IMG/VR virus record: IMGVR_UViG_3300041402_000314
Span: 140,150 to 204,149 of that record
Strand: one strand, 5' to 3'
DNA: 64,000 bases
Shown piece by piece: positions 9,294 through 18,787 of the stretch (its first letter is position 1; every line of letters starts with the position of its first letter). Made by a program: the position numbers and the translations under genes. The notes beneath the pieces are model-generated. The model was not told the origin of the DNA, did not search any database, and saw only the letters and a list, made by a program, of their open reading frames with translations.

Positions 9294-10328
9294 TTAGTTT
9301 AAATGTAGTTTTAAAATATTGCTCCACCTTGAACATGACGTATAATCAATTACACTCCGATTCACCTCCTCCCTCAATTTACTATTCTGTTTAAATAATA
9401 TTCCATAACTTTCTATATTGAAGTTAGCTTTATGTAAGGTAACACTATTGTTATCCTTTGTCAAGTGTTTTAATGTAGCATAGTCATAAAATACCACATC
9501 ATGTAAACCTGCCTCCAGAGATTCGAGAGCATCTTCAGCGGAATCGAGACTTGAATATTGTACTCCCAGACTAGATAAAAGTTTACTACTGGCAGTATAT
9601 GACGATGTAGCTATCTTCCCTTTATTACTTAACCACTTCACTGACTTATTGGTTTCGCTGATATTACTTAATGTAGCAGTAGCCGCCAGAGTAGCTATAA
9701 ATGAACTGACTAAGATCAGTGCAATATACATCCAGACGGTAGTAGCAAGACGGCCTTTTGCTGTTTTGGGAGCTTTATCACCTAGTCCGACAGTAGTAGC
9801 TACCACATGAGTAAACCAATATGTATTGAGCCAACCCTTAAAGCCTTTTCCAAAATCAGGATTATTACGCTCAAAATACCATATAACGGTAGCGATGAAA
9901 CCGACAATAATTAAATAATTGATACAGGCGATTATAAAATCTACAGATATTAAGTTACTGATTACCATTAAGAATGTATTATCGGATTTTGTGGCTATTC
10001 CAGACGGTGAAGAAAAGTAAGGGTGTGAGAAATCATATTCCTTTTCTCTCTCGGATGTAATTGTGATAGCGGATAGACCGACATCGACCTCACCAGTTTT
10101 GATTTGAGAAAGTATATCTGTTAAAGAAAGTTCCTTTATATCGTAAGTATAACCATTCCTAGAAGCAACTGCTTTCCAGAGGTCTATTGTGATTCCATAC
10201 CAGATACCTCTCTCATCCTTCATAGAGAAAGGTGGCATCTCATCTGTAGCCACTACCAAATGGGTTTGGGCATTAGCAGTAGATGTAATGCTTAGAATTA
10301 ATAGTATGTAAATAAGTAGTCTTTTCAT
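9294..10328 (-). CDS. GluR0-like ligand-gated K+ channel (SBP_bac_3 halves flanking a 2TM pore)
   Basis: signal peptide; PPF...GITIDLW; AITITSERE.xDFSxPYF; pore TTVGLGDKAP; C-terminal YGI...LRxxVN. Confidence 0.85.
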   Translation of the reverse strand: MKRLLIYILLILSITSTANAQTHLVVATDEMPPFSMKDERGIWYGITIDLWKAVASRNGYTYDIKELSLTDILSQIKTGEVDVGLSAITITSEREKEYDFSHPYFSSPSGIATKSDNTFLMVISNLISVDFIIACINYLIIVGFIATVIWYFERNNPDFGKGFKGWLNTYWFTHVVATTVGLGDKAPKTAKGRLATTVWMYIALILVSSFIATLAATATLSNISETNKSVKWLSNKGKIATSSYTASSKLLSSLGVQYSSLDSAEDALESLEAGLHDVVFYDYATLKHLTKDNNSVTLHKANFNIESYGILFKQNSKLREEVNRSVIDYTSCSRWSNILKLHLN

Positions 10329-10338
10329 GATTGTCTCC

Positions 10339-10367
10339 ATTATACCTAATTATAATTTATTTGTCAA
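10339..10367 (-). promoter_or_regulatory. sigma70-type promoter of the channel/TAXI/PspA operon
   Basis: perfect TTGACA-17nt-TATAAT. Confidence 0.8.
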
Positions 10368-10729
10368 GCTTTATTTTCAATTTCCCTTATGGAATGTTCC
10401 ATACTTTTAATTCCATTATTGTTTTCTTTTCTTATCTCGAAGAAATTTTCCATCGACAAATCTCTATACATTAAAAGTCTAGCATATATTGAGGTGAAGT
10501 CATTATTAATTTTGAATACATCACCTGTTGTTTTTAAGTCCTGATTAAATCTAATTACATATATAATAGCTTGGGCAGAATATTTCTTTCTACCTGCTTT
10601 CTTCATTTTATATGCTAGTTGTTTAAATTCCTTAAAGATATGTGGATTTTCTTGGTGGAATTCTTTAAACCGTTTTAAGGTCCTTTTTGAATAATGTCCA
10701 AATAACCCATTCCATTTTTCGTCTTTCAT
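10364..10729 (-). CDS. conserved phage hypothetical protein (paralog of 17183..17524)
   Basis: FHxxNPxI..F, GRKxYS, IR, FKxxNDxxxxYARL shared between the two. Confidence 0.75.
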   Translation of the reverse strand: MKDEKWNGLFGHYSKRTLKRFKEFHQENPHIFKEFKQLAYKMKKAGRKKYSAQAIIYVIRFNQDLKTTGDVFKINNDFTSIYARLLMYRDLSMENFFEIRKENNNGIKSMEHSIREIENKA

Positions 10730-10748
10730 TTTATTTCTCCCTTGGTTA

Positions 10749-10979
10749 TTAATGTTTCACATACTGATTATAATGTACTATGTCAAAATAAGGAATCCAT
10801 CTTGTAAACTCACAACCGCAATCTATTCCTATTAGTGGCAACCTCTCAGGGTCTAAACTTACAACTTTACCAATATATTCTGGCCTGTCTTGACAATCAT
10901 AAGTTTTTCTGGAAAAATGCTTTACGCTATCACCGATATTTAATTCGATGTCGTTTCTGTCTGATGTTTTCATTACCAA
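10749..10979 (-). CDS. hypothetical protein
   Basis: 76 aa ORF after promoter 11021-11049. Confidence 0.65.
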   Translation of the reverse strand: MVMKTSDRNDIELNIGDSVKHFSRKTYDCQDRPEYIGKVVSLDPERLPLIGIDCGCEFTRWIPYFDIVHYNQYVKH

Positions 10980-11020
10980 TCTCCTATCTCTATTGAAGTT
11001 AACTCCGACTTACTGATTAC

Positions 11021-11049
11021 ATCATATCAAGCCCTACTAAAAAAGTCAA
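11021..11049 (-). promoter_or_regulatory. sigma70-type early promoter
   Basis: TTGACT-17nt-TATGAT. Confidence 0.75.
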
Positions 11050-11065
11050 GAAAAAAAGTTAGGTG

Positions 11066-11073
11066 TATAAATA
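11066..11073 (+). promoter_or_regulatory. T4-type late promoter
   Basis: TATAAATA upstream of the terminase RBS. Confidence 0.8.
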
Positions 11074-11093
11074 ATTATAGATTATAGGAGAAT

Positions 11094-12719
11094 ATGGCTA
11101 AAAAAGATTATTATTTGGACGAAGAGGGAAACCCTGTTTTACCGTCCAATACAACATTACTTCCCAAAATCGCGCGATACGATGGCAAGCCTAAAATCAA
11201 ACGTGCTGGCATTAAAATGGAGCTTACTAGAGATCAGCTAGAAGAGATGGCTAAATGCTCTGCTGACGTAGAATACTTCATGTCAAGATATTGTTATATC
11301 GTTCACCCAGACAAGGGTAAACATAATATAGAGCTATATCCTTTTCAGTATGACTTTGTTAATCACCTAAGAGATAATAGATTTTCTATTGTATTGGCTC
11401 CCAGACAATGCGGTAAATCTACAATTACTGCAATGTATGTACTCCACTATATTCTTTTCAATGATGATAAGAAAGCTATTATCATGGCTAACAAGCTAAA
11501 GATAGCCAAAGAGATATTCCAGAAAGTTAGGATTGCCTATGAGTATCTACCGATTTTCCTTCAGGCTGGTGTCGTAGAATGGGCAAAGACTAGCTGTACC
11601 CTAGAGAATGGTTCTGGATGTTCTGCTGAAGCGACTAGCGCAGACGGTATGAGGGGTATATCTGGAAACCTTATTATCCTTGATGAGTTTGCTTTCCTCA
11701 AGAAGAATATAGCTGATGAATTCTTTACATCCATGTATCCGACTATATCAGCATCCAAAGAGGCGAAACTTATAATCATCTCTACTCCGAATGGTATGAA
11801 CCACTATCATTCGATATGGAATAAAGCGGTTAAAAAGAAGAATACATTTGCGCCATTCAAGGTTAAATGGAATGATGTACCTGATCGTGATGAAGATTTC
11901 AAAGAAGAAACAATTAAGAATATTGGTAAGCTTAAATGGAATCAGGAATATGAGTGTTCCTTTATAGGTAGTTCTAAAACATTAATTAAACCAGAAATTC
12001 TTGAGCAGTTAGAATCCGCAGACCCTATAGAGATTATAGATAACTGTTTTAAGATATACGAACAACCTATTGCTGGAAATACCTATGTTGTAGGTGCAGA
12101 CTCCGCTAAAGGTACTGGTGGTGATTATTCTGTTTCTCAAGTCATAGATATTACAGCCTTTCCATTTAGACAAGTTGCCGTCTATAGGAATAATGAGATA
12201 AGCACAAATAAGTATGGTGATAAAGTATATGAAATAGCTATGAAGTATAATGAAGCTTTTGTCATGTGCGAGAATAACGATGTCGGTCAAGCAGTAGTGA
12301 ATAAATTATGGCATGACTTAGAATACGAGAATCTAGTCAACTATGCTGCTACTAAAGCTGGTAGAAAAGATATAGGTATTAGAGCTACCAAGAAAACTAA
12401 ATCTATGGGATGTGATCTACTTCAGGAATTCTTTGAGGATTTCTTAATAGAGATATTTGACTTAGATACCATATATGAAATATCTAAATTCGAGGAAACA
12501 TCTACTGGTATATTCAAGGCAGAAGATGGAGAACATGACGATACTGTTATGGCTCTTCTCTGGGCATTGTTTATTATAAAGACTAATTATATTGACCGAG
12601 AAGATGATATCAGGGCTTCTAGGGATAGTGATGAAGACCAATATGATGATGAACCACTAGCACCCATCATAATCGATGGGGCTGGTGAAGAAGACGGTAA
12701 TTTTTTATTCCATAACTAA
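11094..12719 (+). CDS. terL: terminase large subunit (T4 gp17-like)
   Basis: Walker A APRQCGKST, Walker B LIILDEFAF, ISTPNG, nuclease GADSAKG...HDDTVMAL. Confidence 0.97.
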   Translation: MAKKDYYLDEEGNPVLPSNTTLLPKIARYDGKPKIKRAGIKMELTRDQLEEMAKCSADVEYFMSRYCYIVHPDKGKHNIELYPFQYDFVNHLRDNRFSIVLAPRQCGKSTITAMYVLHYILFNDDKKAIIMANKLKIAKEIFQKVRIAYEYLPIFLQAGVVEWAKTSCTLENGSGCSAEATSADGMRGISGNLIILDEFAFLKKNIADEFFTSMYPTISASKEAKLIIISTPNGMNHYHSIWNKAVKKKNTFAPFKVKWNDVPDRDEDFKEETIKNIGKLKWNQEYECSFIGSSKTLIKPEILEQLESADPIEIIDNCFKIYEQPIAGNTYVVGADSAKGTGGDYSVSQVIDITAFPFRQVAVYRNNEISTNKYGDKVYEIAMKYNEAFVMCENNDVGQAVVNKLWHDLEYENLVNYAATKAGRKDIGIRATKKTKSMGCDLLQEFFEDFLIEIFDLDTIYEISKFEETSTGIFKAEDGEHDDTVMALLWALFIIKTNYIDREDDIRASRDSDEDQYDDEPLAPIIIDGAGEEDGNFLFHN

Positions 12720-12732
12720 AAGGAGAAATAAA

Positions 12733-12831
12733 ATGTTTTATTGTAAACTATGTACAACCACTTTTAATCTGTTGGGTGACTCATCTAGTATTGCATTGAT
12801 ACTATGTGCGACTTTAACAGTATTAGGATAA
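12733..12831 (+). CDS. small peptide (32 aa, CxxC, hydrophobic tail)
   Basis: AGGAG RBS directly after the terminase stop; MFYCKLCTTT...LILCATLTVLG. Confidence 0.4.
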   Translation: MFYCKLCTTTFNLLGDSSSIALILCATLTVLG

Positions 12832-13071
12832 CGTTTTAGTTTTACTGATATGATCTTCCAATAACTCATAAGCCTTTTTTAAATTATCTAAAAGAGGCTT
12901 ATGAGATGGAGTCATAATATAGAGTTCCTTACTATCGGAAGTCTCAGGGATAACTACGTTTAACGCATTATCTGGACAGCCTTTAATTTCAGCATTAATG
13001 CTATTGGCTAGTTTCTTTAAATTAGTGATAGCTTCTAAGGCTTCACTAGCCTTTTCTTTTCCTGTTTTCAT
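12823..13071 (-). CDS. hypothetical protein
   Basis: TAATG coupling to the upstream gene. Confidence 0.65.
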   Translation of the reverse strand: MKTGKEKASEALEAITNLKKLANSINAEIKGCPDNALNVVIPETSDSKELYIMTPSHKPLLDNLKKAYELLEDHISKTKTLS

Positions 13072-13613
13072 TACTGCTCCTTTGGTATCTTGAGAATCAC
13101 TTTCATATAGGGTGTATCTCCATCTTTACATAAAAGATTTTCCACTATATAGTCCATAGTTTCTACATTACACGCGAGATAGTTTTGTATTCCGTCAAAA
13201 AGATGAGCCTGTTCTATCACTATAGTTTCTACGTTCTCATCCTCATCTTCAACTGGCGGTCTGGTTCTCTTCCATCCATTTTTCCCATGAATGATTTCTT
13301 TATCTACTTTACTGATATATCCAGTTATTCCAATTGTACGCAAACCATTAACACTATCACAGATAGTAAATAATAGTGCGCCAGATTTTTCCCATAGTTC
13401 ACCCTCATTATCAGGTCTGATTTCTCTCTCTTTATAATAAGGTCGCCAACCAGCATTGTTTATATTACTCAATCCTATAGGTTCTCTTCTGACATCACCA
13501 AATCTATCAAACCAATATACTGCATCATTATGAAAATCTTTTCTAGCATATAGATTTTCATAATCTGATAAAATTGCCTTTCCAGTTTCTTCTAAAGCGG
13601 ATTCTATATTCAT
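13071..13613 (-). CDS. paralog family A member (possible DUF2829/Tad2-like N-terminus)
   Basis: MNIESALEETGKA...WRPY...IRPDNEGELWEK...IIHGKNGW; likely start 13613 by ATGA overlap. Confidence 0.7.
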   Translation of the reverse strand: MNIESALEETGKAILSDYENLYARKDFHNDAVYWFDRFGDVRREPIGLSNINNAGWRPYYKEREIRPDNEGELWEKSGALLFTICDSVNGLRTIGITGYISKVDKEIIHGKNGWKRTRPPVEDEDENVETIVIEQAHLFDGIQNYLACNVETMDYIVENLLCKDGDTPYMKVILKIPKEQ

Positions 13614-14026
13614 GATACTAATTTTTTCCTCGTAGCGTCCCAATATGAATCGCGATAACCAGTATCACAATAATAATCATTAGATTGAACTTTGGAGAAT
13701 ATCTGACTGATTTTAATATCATTCGAACCAAGGATATTGATAAACCAATTACCTTCTTTCGTTTCAGGTAGAGCAGACTCAATCTTTTTCCAAAGTAGAT
13801 ACTTATTCACATGTATATTATACTCATCGTCACGATAAGCGTCATAGAGAGCAAGTATATTCTTAACCGAGGCATCGGGTACAGTTAGAACCGTTCGGTT
13901 CTTCTCCTGCAATCTACGGGCTTCTATTTCCTGTTCCCTCTTTTCTATTCTAGCCTGTATTTCTGCTTTTTGTTTTGCTTTCTCTTTTCTCTTCTTCTGT
14001 ACATATTTAAAGATCATCGGTTCCAT
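13610..14026 (-). CDS. hypothetical protein
   Basis: 138 aa ORF overlapping both neighbours. Confidence 0.65.
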   Translation of the reverse strand: MEPMIFKYVQKKRKEKAKQKAEIQARIEKREQEIEARRLQEKNRTVLTVPDASVKNILALYDAYRDDEYNIHVNKYLLWKKIESALPETKEGNWFINILGSNDIKISQIFSKVQSNDYYCDTGYRDSYWDATRKKLVS

Positions 14027-14670
14027 TCCTCCACTTGTCTTAAAATTTCAATAGCAATTCCTTCTTTTTCCATACAGGTTGTTGCGCCTTCATTAGTTAC
14101 GATATGAGCGACATGACAATTTTCTCTAATCATTTCCTCTTTATCATTGGTAACAACCATATCACAGCCATTTTTATCTATAGATTCATACCCAAGATTA
14201 ACTAGCTCTCTATAAGACGCTCCTACCTCAAACTTAAACCCAACAAGGTAAGCTTCTGGATTCCATTTCTTTATATAGGAAATCACCTTTGGAGTCTTTC
14301 TGATATTATCTCTCATATAATCTATGAAAGCATCAGCATCATTAGACTTCACCTTAACAGGATTCTCTCTATTGAATGTGAAATCGGATACAGCCATAGC
14401 ATGGATAATAACATCAGCTTTGGGAACATATCTTTCCATTTTCTCCATAAGGTCTTTAGTGTCTTTAACATCAATAAACCATAGTCTTTCATCGTTATAA
14501 TACGGGTTTGGTAATATGGAATTTCTACCATGTATAAAAAATACATCATGTCCGTCTTTCAAAAATGTTTCAGCTATAATAGCACCTAATTTCCCTGTAC
14601 TGATATTAGTAAGGACTCGGACATCATCGATATATTCAGTTGTCCCACCAGATGTAATTAATATTTTCAT
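14014..14670 (-). CDS. coaB: phosphopantothenate-cysteine ligase (stand-alone CoaB)
   Basis: ILITSGGTTEYIDDVRVLTNISTGKLG, HAMAVSDF, LVGFKFE motifs. Confidence 0.9.
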   Translation of the reverse strand: MKILITSGGTTEYIDDVRVLTNISTGKLGAIIAETFLKDGHDVFFIHGRNSILPNPYYNDERLWFIDVKDTKDLMEKMERYVPKADVIIHAMAVSDFTFNRENPVKVKSNDADAFIDYMRDNIRKTPKVISYIKKWNPEAYLVGFKFEVGASYRELVNLGYESIDKNGCDMVVTNDKEEMIRENCHVAHIVTNEGATTCMEKEGIAIEILRQVEEWNR

Positions 14671-15227
14671 CGTTGCCTCGCTATGTCTATTAGGATTTGT
14701 GTAGGGTCTACCAGATAATCTGGTAGATGCTCACCAAGTTTCCAAGGTATACCAGTAGTCATATAGGATTTAAGAGCTAAGTGAAGCATAGTCGTAGGCC
14801 GACCCTTATCTGTTTTCAACACTCTTCTAACGTCACCTAGATATGTTCCAGTTACAACCCTATCTCCTATCTTTAACATCCTATCTATTTTTATTTCACC
14901 ATAACAGAATATACCAGACTCCCCTCTAATGTATATTCCTTCGGTCTCTTCCCACCAAGGACAATCAGCATTGGCTCCAGTGAAAGCCTCCATCAGAACT
15001 ACTGTACCGTCTTCAATAGAATATACTGGCGTATGCTCTGGACAATATAAATCTATTCCTTTATGGATATCATGTTTTCTATCGACTCCAAATGCGCCTA
15101 CATGACTATCTACAGGAATTTCTACCTCTTTCGTTATATCGATATCTTGGAAACTCATCGAATTTCCAGTAATACCCTTATATATCATATTTAGTGGAAA
15201 TGTCTTATTCATAAAACTCATCCTCAT
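14667..15227 (-). CDS. M23-family peptidase-like protein
   Basis: HKGIDL (HxxxD), PVYSIEDGTV, GDRVxTG; the HxH motif reads MLH. Confidence 0.75.
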   Translation of the reverse strand: MRMSFMNKTFPLNMIYKGITGNSMSFQDIDITKEVEIPVDSHVGAFGVDRKHDIHKGIDLYCPEHTPVYSIEDGTVVLMEAFTGANADCPWWEETEGIYIRGESGIFCYGEIKIDRMLKIGDRVVTGTYLGDVRRVLKTDKGRPTTMLHLALKSYMTTGIPWKLGEHLPDYLVDPTQILIDIARQR

Positions 15228-15750
15228 TTTTCATAATTTCAGAGACTATAACATCTACTGGAGCCAACTTACCTCTCCCTATATCTCCACACGCAAGACG
15301 GCCTTCTACTGGACGAATTATAACAATCCCATCCTCGATAAGCCGATCTATATTTCTTTTATTAGCTGGAGCATAATACATAACTGTATTCATGGCAGGA
15401 CAGACTATAACAAATCTCTTTTTCATAGCCATATATGTCGTGCTGATCAGATCATCGGCTATACCATTTGCCATCTTACCGATAATATTGGCAGTAGCAG
15501 GAGCTATGACCATTTTATGCGCCCACTCTTGAGCGTATTGTATATGAGATATTTCACCGTTACTATCATCGAAGGTATTAGTAATGACACCCTCACCAGA
15601 CAATGCAGCCAAAGTACATTCACCTATCATATATTTGGCATTCTCCGACATCATAACTTTCACATTACAATCATTCTTTCTGAGTAGGTTAATAAGGTCA
15701 CATGCCTTGTATGCTGATATGCTACTGGTAACTGCTAAAAGTATGTTCAT
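15205..15750 (-). CDS. coaC: phosphopantothenoylcysteine decarboxylase (stand-alone CoaC, HFCD flavoprotein)
   Basis: SISAYKA, HI, APATANIIGKMANGIADD, PAMNTVMY, LACGDIGRG. Confidence 0.92.
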   Translation of the reverse strand: MNILLAVTSSISAYKACDLINLLRKNDCNVKVMMSENAKYMIGECTLAALSGEGVITNTFDDSNGEISHIQYAQEWAHKMVIAPATANIIGKMANGIADDLISTTYMAMKKRFVIVCPAMNTVMYYAPANKRNIDRLIEDGIVIIRPVEGRLACGDIGRGKLAPVDVIVSEIMKNEDEFYE

Positions 15751-15752
15751 TC

Positions 15753-16034
15753 TTACTCCTCAAATAAATTATAACATTTTGGTCTGTTAGCTAGGTCTGA
15801 TAATACATCACCATGACAACTATTTGGCTTACACCAACACCCTAATATTTTACCCTCTAGTTCTGGTAAGGAATTCATGAGGTCTGGTTGATCGAGAATC
15901 CAAGCCCTATATTTATCAATGACTTCCTTTCTGGTTCCGTCCTTACCTATGATAAATGGATTACTCCACTTAGAAGGTCGGCCTATATAAAGATCGAATC
16001 TATCCTTCTCACAATGGACTACTAAATTATCCAC
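15753..16034 (-). CDS. DUF4326-family protein
   Basis: YIGRPSKWSNPF...ELEGKILGCWCKPxxCHGDVL. Confidence 0.9.
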   Translation of the reverse strand: MDNLVVHCEKDRFDLYIGRPSKWSNPFIIGKDGTRKEVIDKYRAWILDQPDLMNSLPELEGKILGCWCKPNSCHGDVLSDLANRPKCYNLFEE

Positions 16035-16632
16035 GTTCTACTTTTTCACAATCATCGACCACTATTAAAGACACCTCATCATCTACAATATATCTATTCT
16101 TGTCTTCGAACCCCCATCCATACTCTATATCTTCTATGCCAATTATTCTATATGCTCTGCCTATTTTATCTTTATACCAAAAATTATCATTCGAACAATC
16201 TGTTATTTTTACCCAGAAAGGAAATTCAGGTTCCATATTCTCCAAAACCCTATCAGCATATTCCTTCATTGATTCCTCTACGGCTGGACAGAGACGTGTC
16301 CATCCATTTTTACCATGAATAACATCTGACCCTAACTCTTTATTATTTCCATCAACAAAGCATATGTCATCAACGCAATATTTGACAGTAAAATATTTAT
16401 TACCATCTTTCTCCCACATTTCTTCTGCATCTTCTGGCCTTATCTTTTCATCTTCGACATAAGGCAACCACTCGGTATTCATTATGGGATGTATAGATAC
16501 CCTAAACGTCTTTTCATTAGTCCCATAATTAAACCAATAAAGGTCATCTTCGAATATAGTAACATATCCACCACAATCATCATTCACTGGAATAGCTTTC
16601 CCTGTTGGTATCAGGGCATCTTTAATATTCAT
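16027..16632 (-). CDS. paralog family A member
   Basis: MNIKDALIPTGKA...WLPY...IRPEDAEEMWEK...VIHGKNGWTR. Confidence 0.75.
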   Translation of the reverse strand: MNIKDALIPTGKAIPVNDDCGGYVTIFEDDLYWFNYGTNEKTFRVSIHPIMNTEWLPYVEDEKIRPEDAEEMWEKDGNKYFTVKYCVDDICFVDGNNKELGSDVIHGKNGWTRLCPAVEESMKEYADRVLENMEPEFPFWVKITDCSNDNFWYKDKIGRAYRIIGIEDIEYGWGFEDKNRYIVDDEVSLIVVDDCEKVERG

Positions 16633-17183
16633 TTCTTCTCCTCCGCTGGTATTATGAGTATCATTTTCATAGGTGGTTTCATGGTTAATTCAGTATGTTG
16701 AAAGTAAGTCATATCACTTTTTGAATTGACTAAATCAGGATAGAAATAGACTTCATTATGGATTTCTTTTCTTTTCCATTTTACCCCTTCAATCTCTATC
16801 CTCTCCACATTCTCATCTTTTACTTTGGGATATTCACGAATCCAACCGTCTTTGCTATGAATAGCCCTTGCTATACCCGTAACGCTCTGACCACTCTCGT
16901 TAACGAACTCTAATGAAGCACCAGAAATCCGAATAGTAAAATATTTATAAGCACCTCTCTTCCATAATTCAAATGCATTCTCAGGAACTATCTCTTCGAC
17001 TTCATGGTATGGTTCCCAATCACCTTCTAAGATATCTAAGTGTCCGACTTCTCTATCACAAGCTCCTGATCTTACATCCACCCACCAAAGAGTATCATCA
17101 AACCATTTAACATATTCAACTTTTTCACCATCCAATACCAATACTACTTTCCCTGTTGGTTCTAAAGCATCTTTAATATCCAT
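16629..17183 (-). CDS. paralog family A member
   Basis: MDIKDALEPTGKV...DILEGDWEPY...PENAFELWK...IHSKDGWIREYP. Confidence 0.75.
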   Translation of the reverse strand: MDIKDALEPTGKVVLVLDGEKVEYVKWFDDTLWWVDVRSGACDREVGHLDILEGDWEPYHEVEEIVPENAFELWKRGAYKYFTIRISGASLEFVNESGQSVTGIARAIHSKDGWIREYPKVKDENVERIEIEGVKWKRKEIHNEVYFYPDLVNSKSDMTYFQHTELTMKPPMKMILIIPAEEKK

Positions 17184-17524
17184 TATTTCCCTCTCACTCT
17201 TTTCATTTTCTTAAATTTAAAGAATCCATACATTTCAGGATTTCTATATACAACCAATCTAGCATATAAGGCTATCAGATCATTAGATAGCTTGAACTCA
17301 CTACCTTGAGTCTCTATAGTCGTATACCATCTTATTCTTTGAGCAACCGCCCAATGACTATAGTGTTTCCTGCCTGTTTTAAATGCTTCTAAGGAAAACT
17401 TTTCAAATGATTTATAGATATCAGGATTCTTCTTATGATATCCCATAAAGGTTTTCATAAGCCCTTTATCTGCACCACCAAACAATTCCTGTTTTAATGT
17501 CAATCTCTCATTGGAGACTTTCAT
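17183..17524 (-). CDS. conserved phage hypothetical protein (paralog of 10364..10729)
   Basis: shared motifs; likely start 17524 by ATGA overlap. Confidence 0.75.
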   Translation of the reverse strand: MKVSNERLTLKQELFGGADKGLMKTFMGYHKKNPDIYKSFEKFSLEAFKTGRKHYSHWAVAQRIRWYTTIETQGSEFKLSNDLIALYARLVVYRNPEMYGFFKFKKMKRVRGK

Positions 17525-17910
17525 TTCTTCTCCAGAAGTTTTTGTGCGCCCATCCATATCTCTCTAGCCCAAAAACTCTTTTCTTTGGGGTCATGGGTAC
17601 GTACCCATTTCGCATAAGGAGATTTTCTATTTTCACAAGGCATTTCCACACATTCTATTTTAGGATAAGACCATAGCTCATAAAGAGAACAATAAGCTTT
17701 ACAATTCTTTTCATCCCCATCTACCATCGCCTTAGATTTTCTCCTTGTGAATTCACAGCAAGAGCAACTACAATTCATATAGTCATACTTTCTCCATTCA
17801 GGCCAACTACTTTTTTGAGCCACTGGATTTTCCTCTAACCATTTCCATAGCTCAATAGTTATTTCAATTGATTTCTTTTTCGTCAGTCTATATTTTATAA
17901 ATTCTTCCAT
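17521..17910 (-). CDS. Cys-rich hypothetical protein
   Basis: LWKWL...CSCCE...CxxxC. Confidence 0.7.
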   Translation of the reverse strand: MEEFIKYRLTKKKSIEITIELWKWLEENPVAQKSSWPEWRKYDYMNCSCSCCEFTRRKSKAMVDGDEKNCKAYCSLYELWSYPKIECVEMPCENRKSPYAKWVRTHDPKEKSFWAREIWMGAQKLLEKK

Positions 17911-18134
17911 TAGTCTACTCCTTCAAAACATCCATAATCTTCCATAGCTTCTCTTAAAAGAAGATGTACCATAGGGTCAAAACTTTTATGAAGCATACCA
18001 TAATATTTTATTATCTGTTTTGCGTCCACATCGCCTTCTTCTGCCTTTAGACCAATCTTCTTACCATGTTCTATTAATATCGGAAGCGTTGATGCATCAA
18101 ACATATCCCTGTCTATTTGCCAACTTGTATTCAT
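17910..18134 (-). CDS. hypothetical protein
   Basis: 74 aa ORF, GGGAG RBS, TAATG coupling. Confidence 0.65.
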   Translation of the reverse strand: MNTSWQIDRDMFDASTLPILIEHGKKIGLKAEEGDVDAKQIIKYYGMLHKSFDPMVHLLLREAMEDYGCFEGVD

Positions 18135-18298
18135 TTAGTCTCCCTTCAAAGCTTTCATAATTACTTCATATTCTGCTCTGGTTATACGACAACCAGAACA
18201 CTTAATTGAATTACCCGAAGTCATTTTCTGTCTAAGGCTTTCTATTACATCTTCCTTAGTCAGTTCCTTATCTATTATATCACTCATCATAACCTCAT

Positions 18299-18327
18299 AT
18301 TATATCATTAAAAGAATTCTTTGTCAA
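18299..18327 (-). promoter_or_regulatory. sigma70-type promoter
   Basis: perfect TTGACA-17nt-TATAAT. Confidence 0.75.
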
Positions 18328-18787
18328 TAACTGTTTCACCGTCTCTGATTCCCATCAAGAGTTTACCTAATAGATTCTTACCCTCAGTAAGGAGACAATT
18401 AATACACACACAATCGCCCCAGATATTATCATGCCAGTTATTCCATTCTACTATCTCACCTTCGGTCTCATCCAGACGTTTACGCCATTCAGTACCTTCA
18501 GCGAATTTATGTCTGAGAGCCATCATCATAACACCTACTTTGATGTTCTCCCAATCATCTCTTATAATCAATTTACGTCCAGCTCTTTTAGATTTAGCTG
18601 CTGACATCTCACCAACGACTGATCTTAGATAACGGTCTTTTGTTTTCATGGACTGATAGAATGCTTCGGGAGTTTTGGATACAATACCATCATAATCCAT
18701 TGGTGTTTCAAATGGTTCAAAGTTACTAAACCAATTATATACGTAGCCATTTCTATAGGATATATTACTTGGAACTTTTCTTCTCAT
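18308..18787 (-). CDS. NADAR family protein
   Basis: FSNF, EAFYQxxK, DWExxKxxxM, KF, DNIWG, GKNLLGKLLMxIR. Confidence 0.9.
   Translation of the reverse strand: MRRKVPSNISYRNGYVYNWFSNFEPFETPMDYDGIVSKTPEAFYQSMKTKDRYLRSVVGEMSAAKSKRAGRKLIIRDDWENIKVGVMMMALRHKFAEGTEWRKRLDETEGEIVEWNNWHDNIWGDCVCINCLLTEGKNLLGKLLMGIRDGETVIDKEFF

Noticed and set aside
11094-12719. Intron or intein in terminase
   Set aside because: Continuous 541-aa ORF of normal size with no splicing motifs seen.
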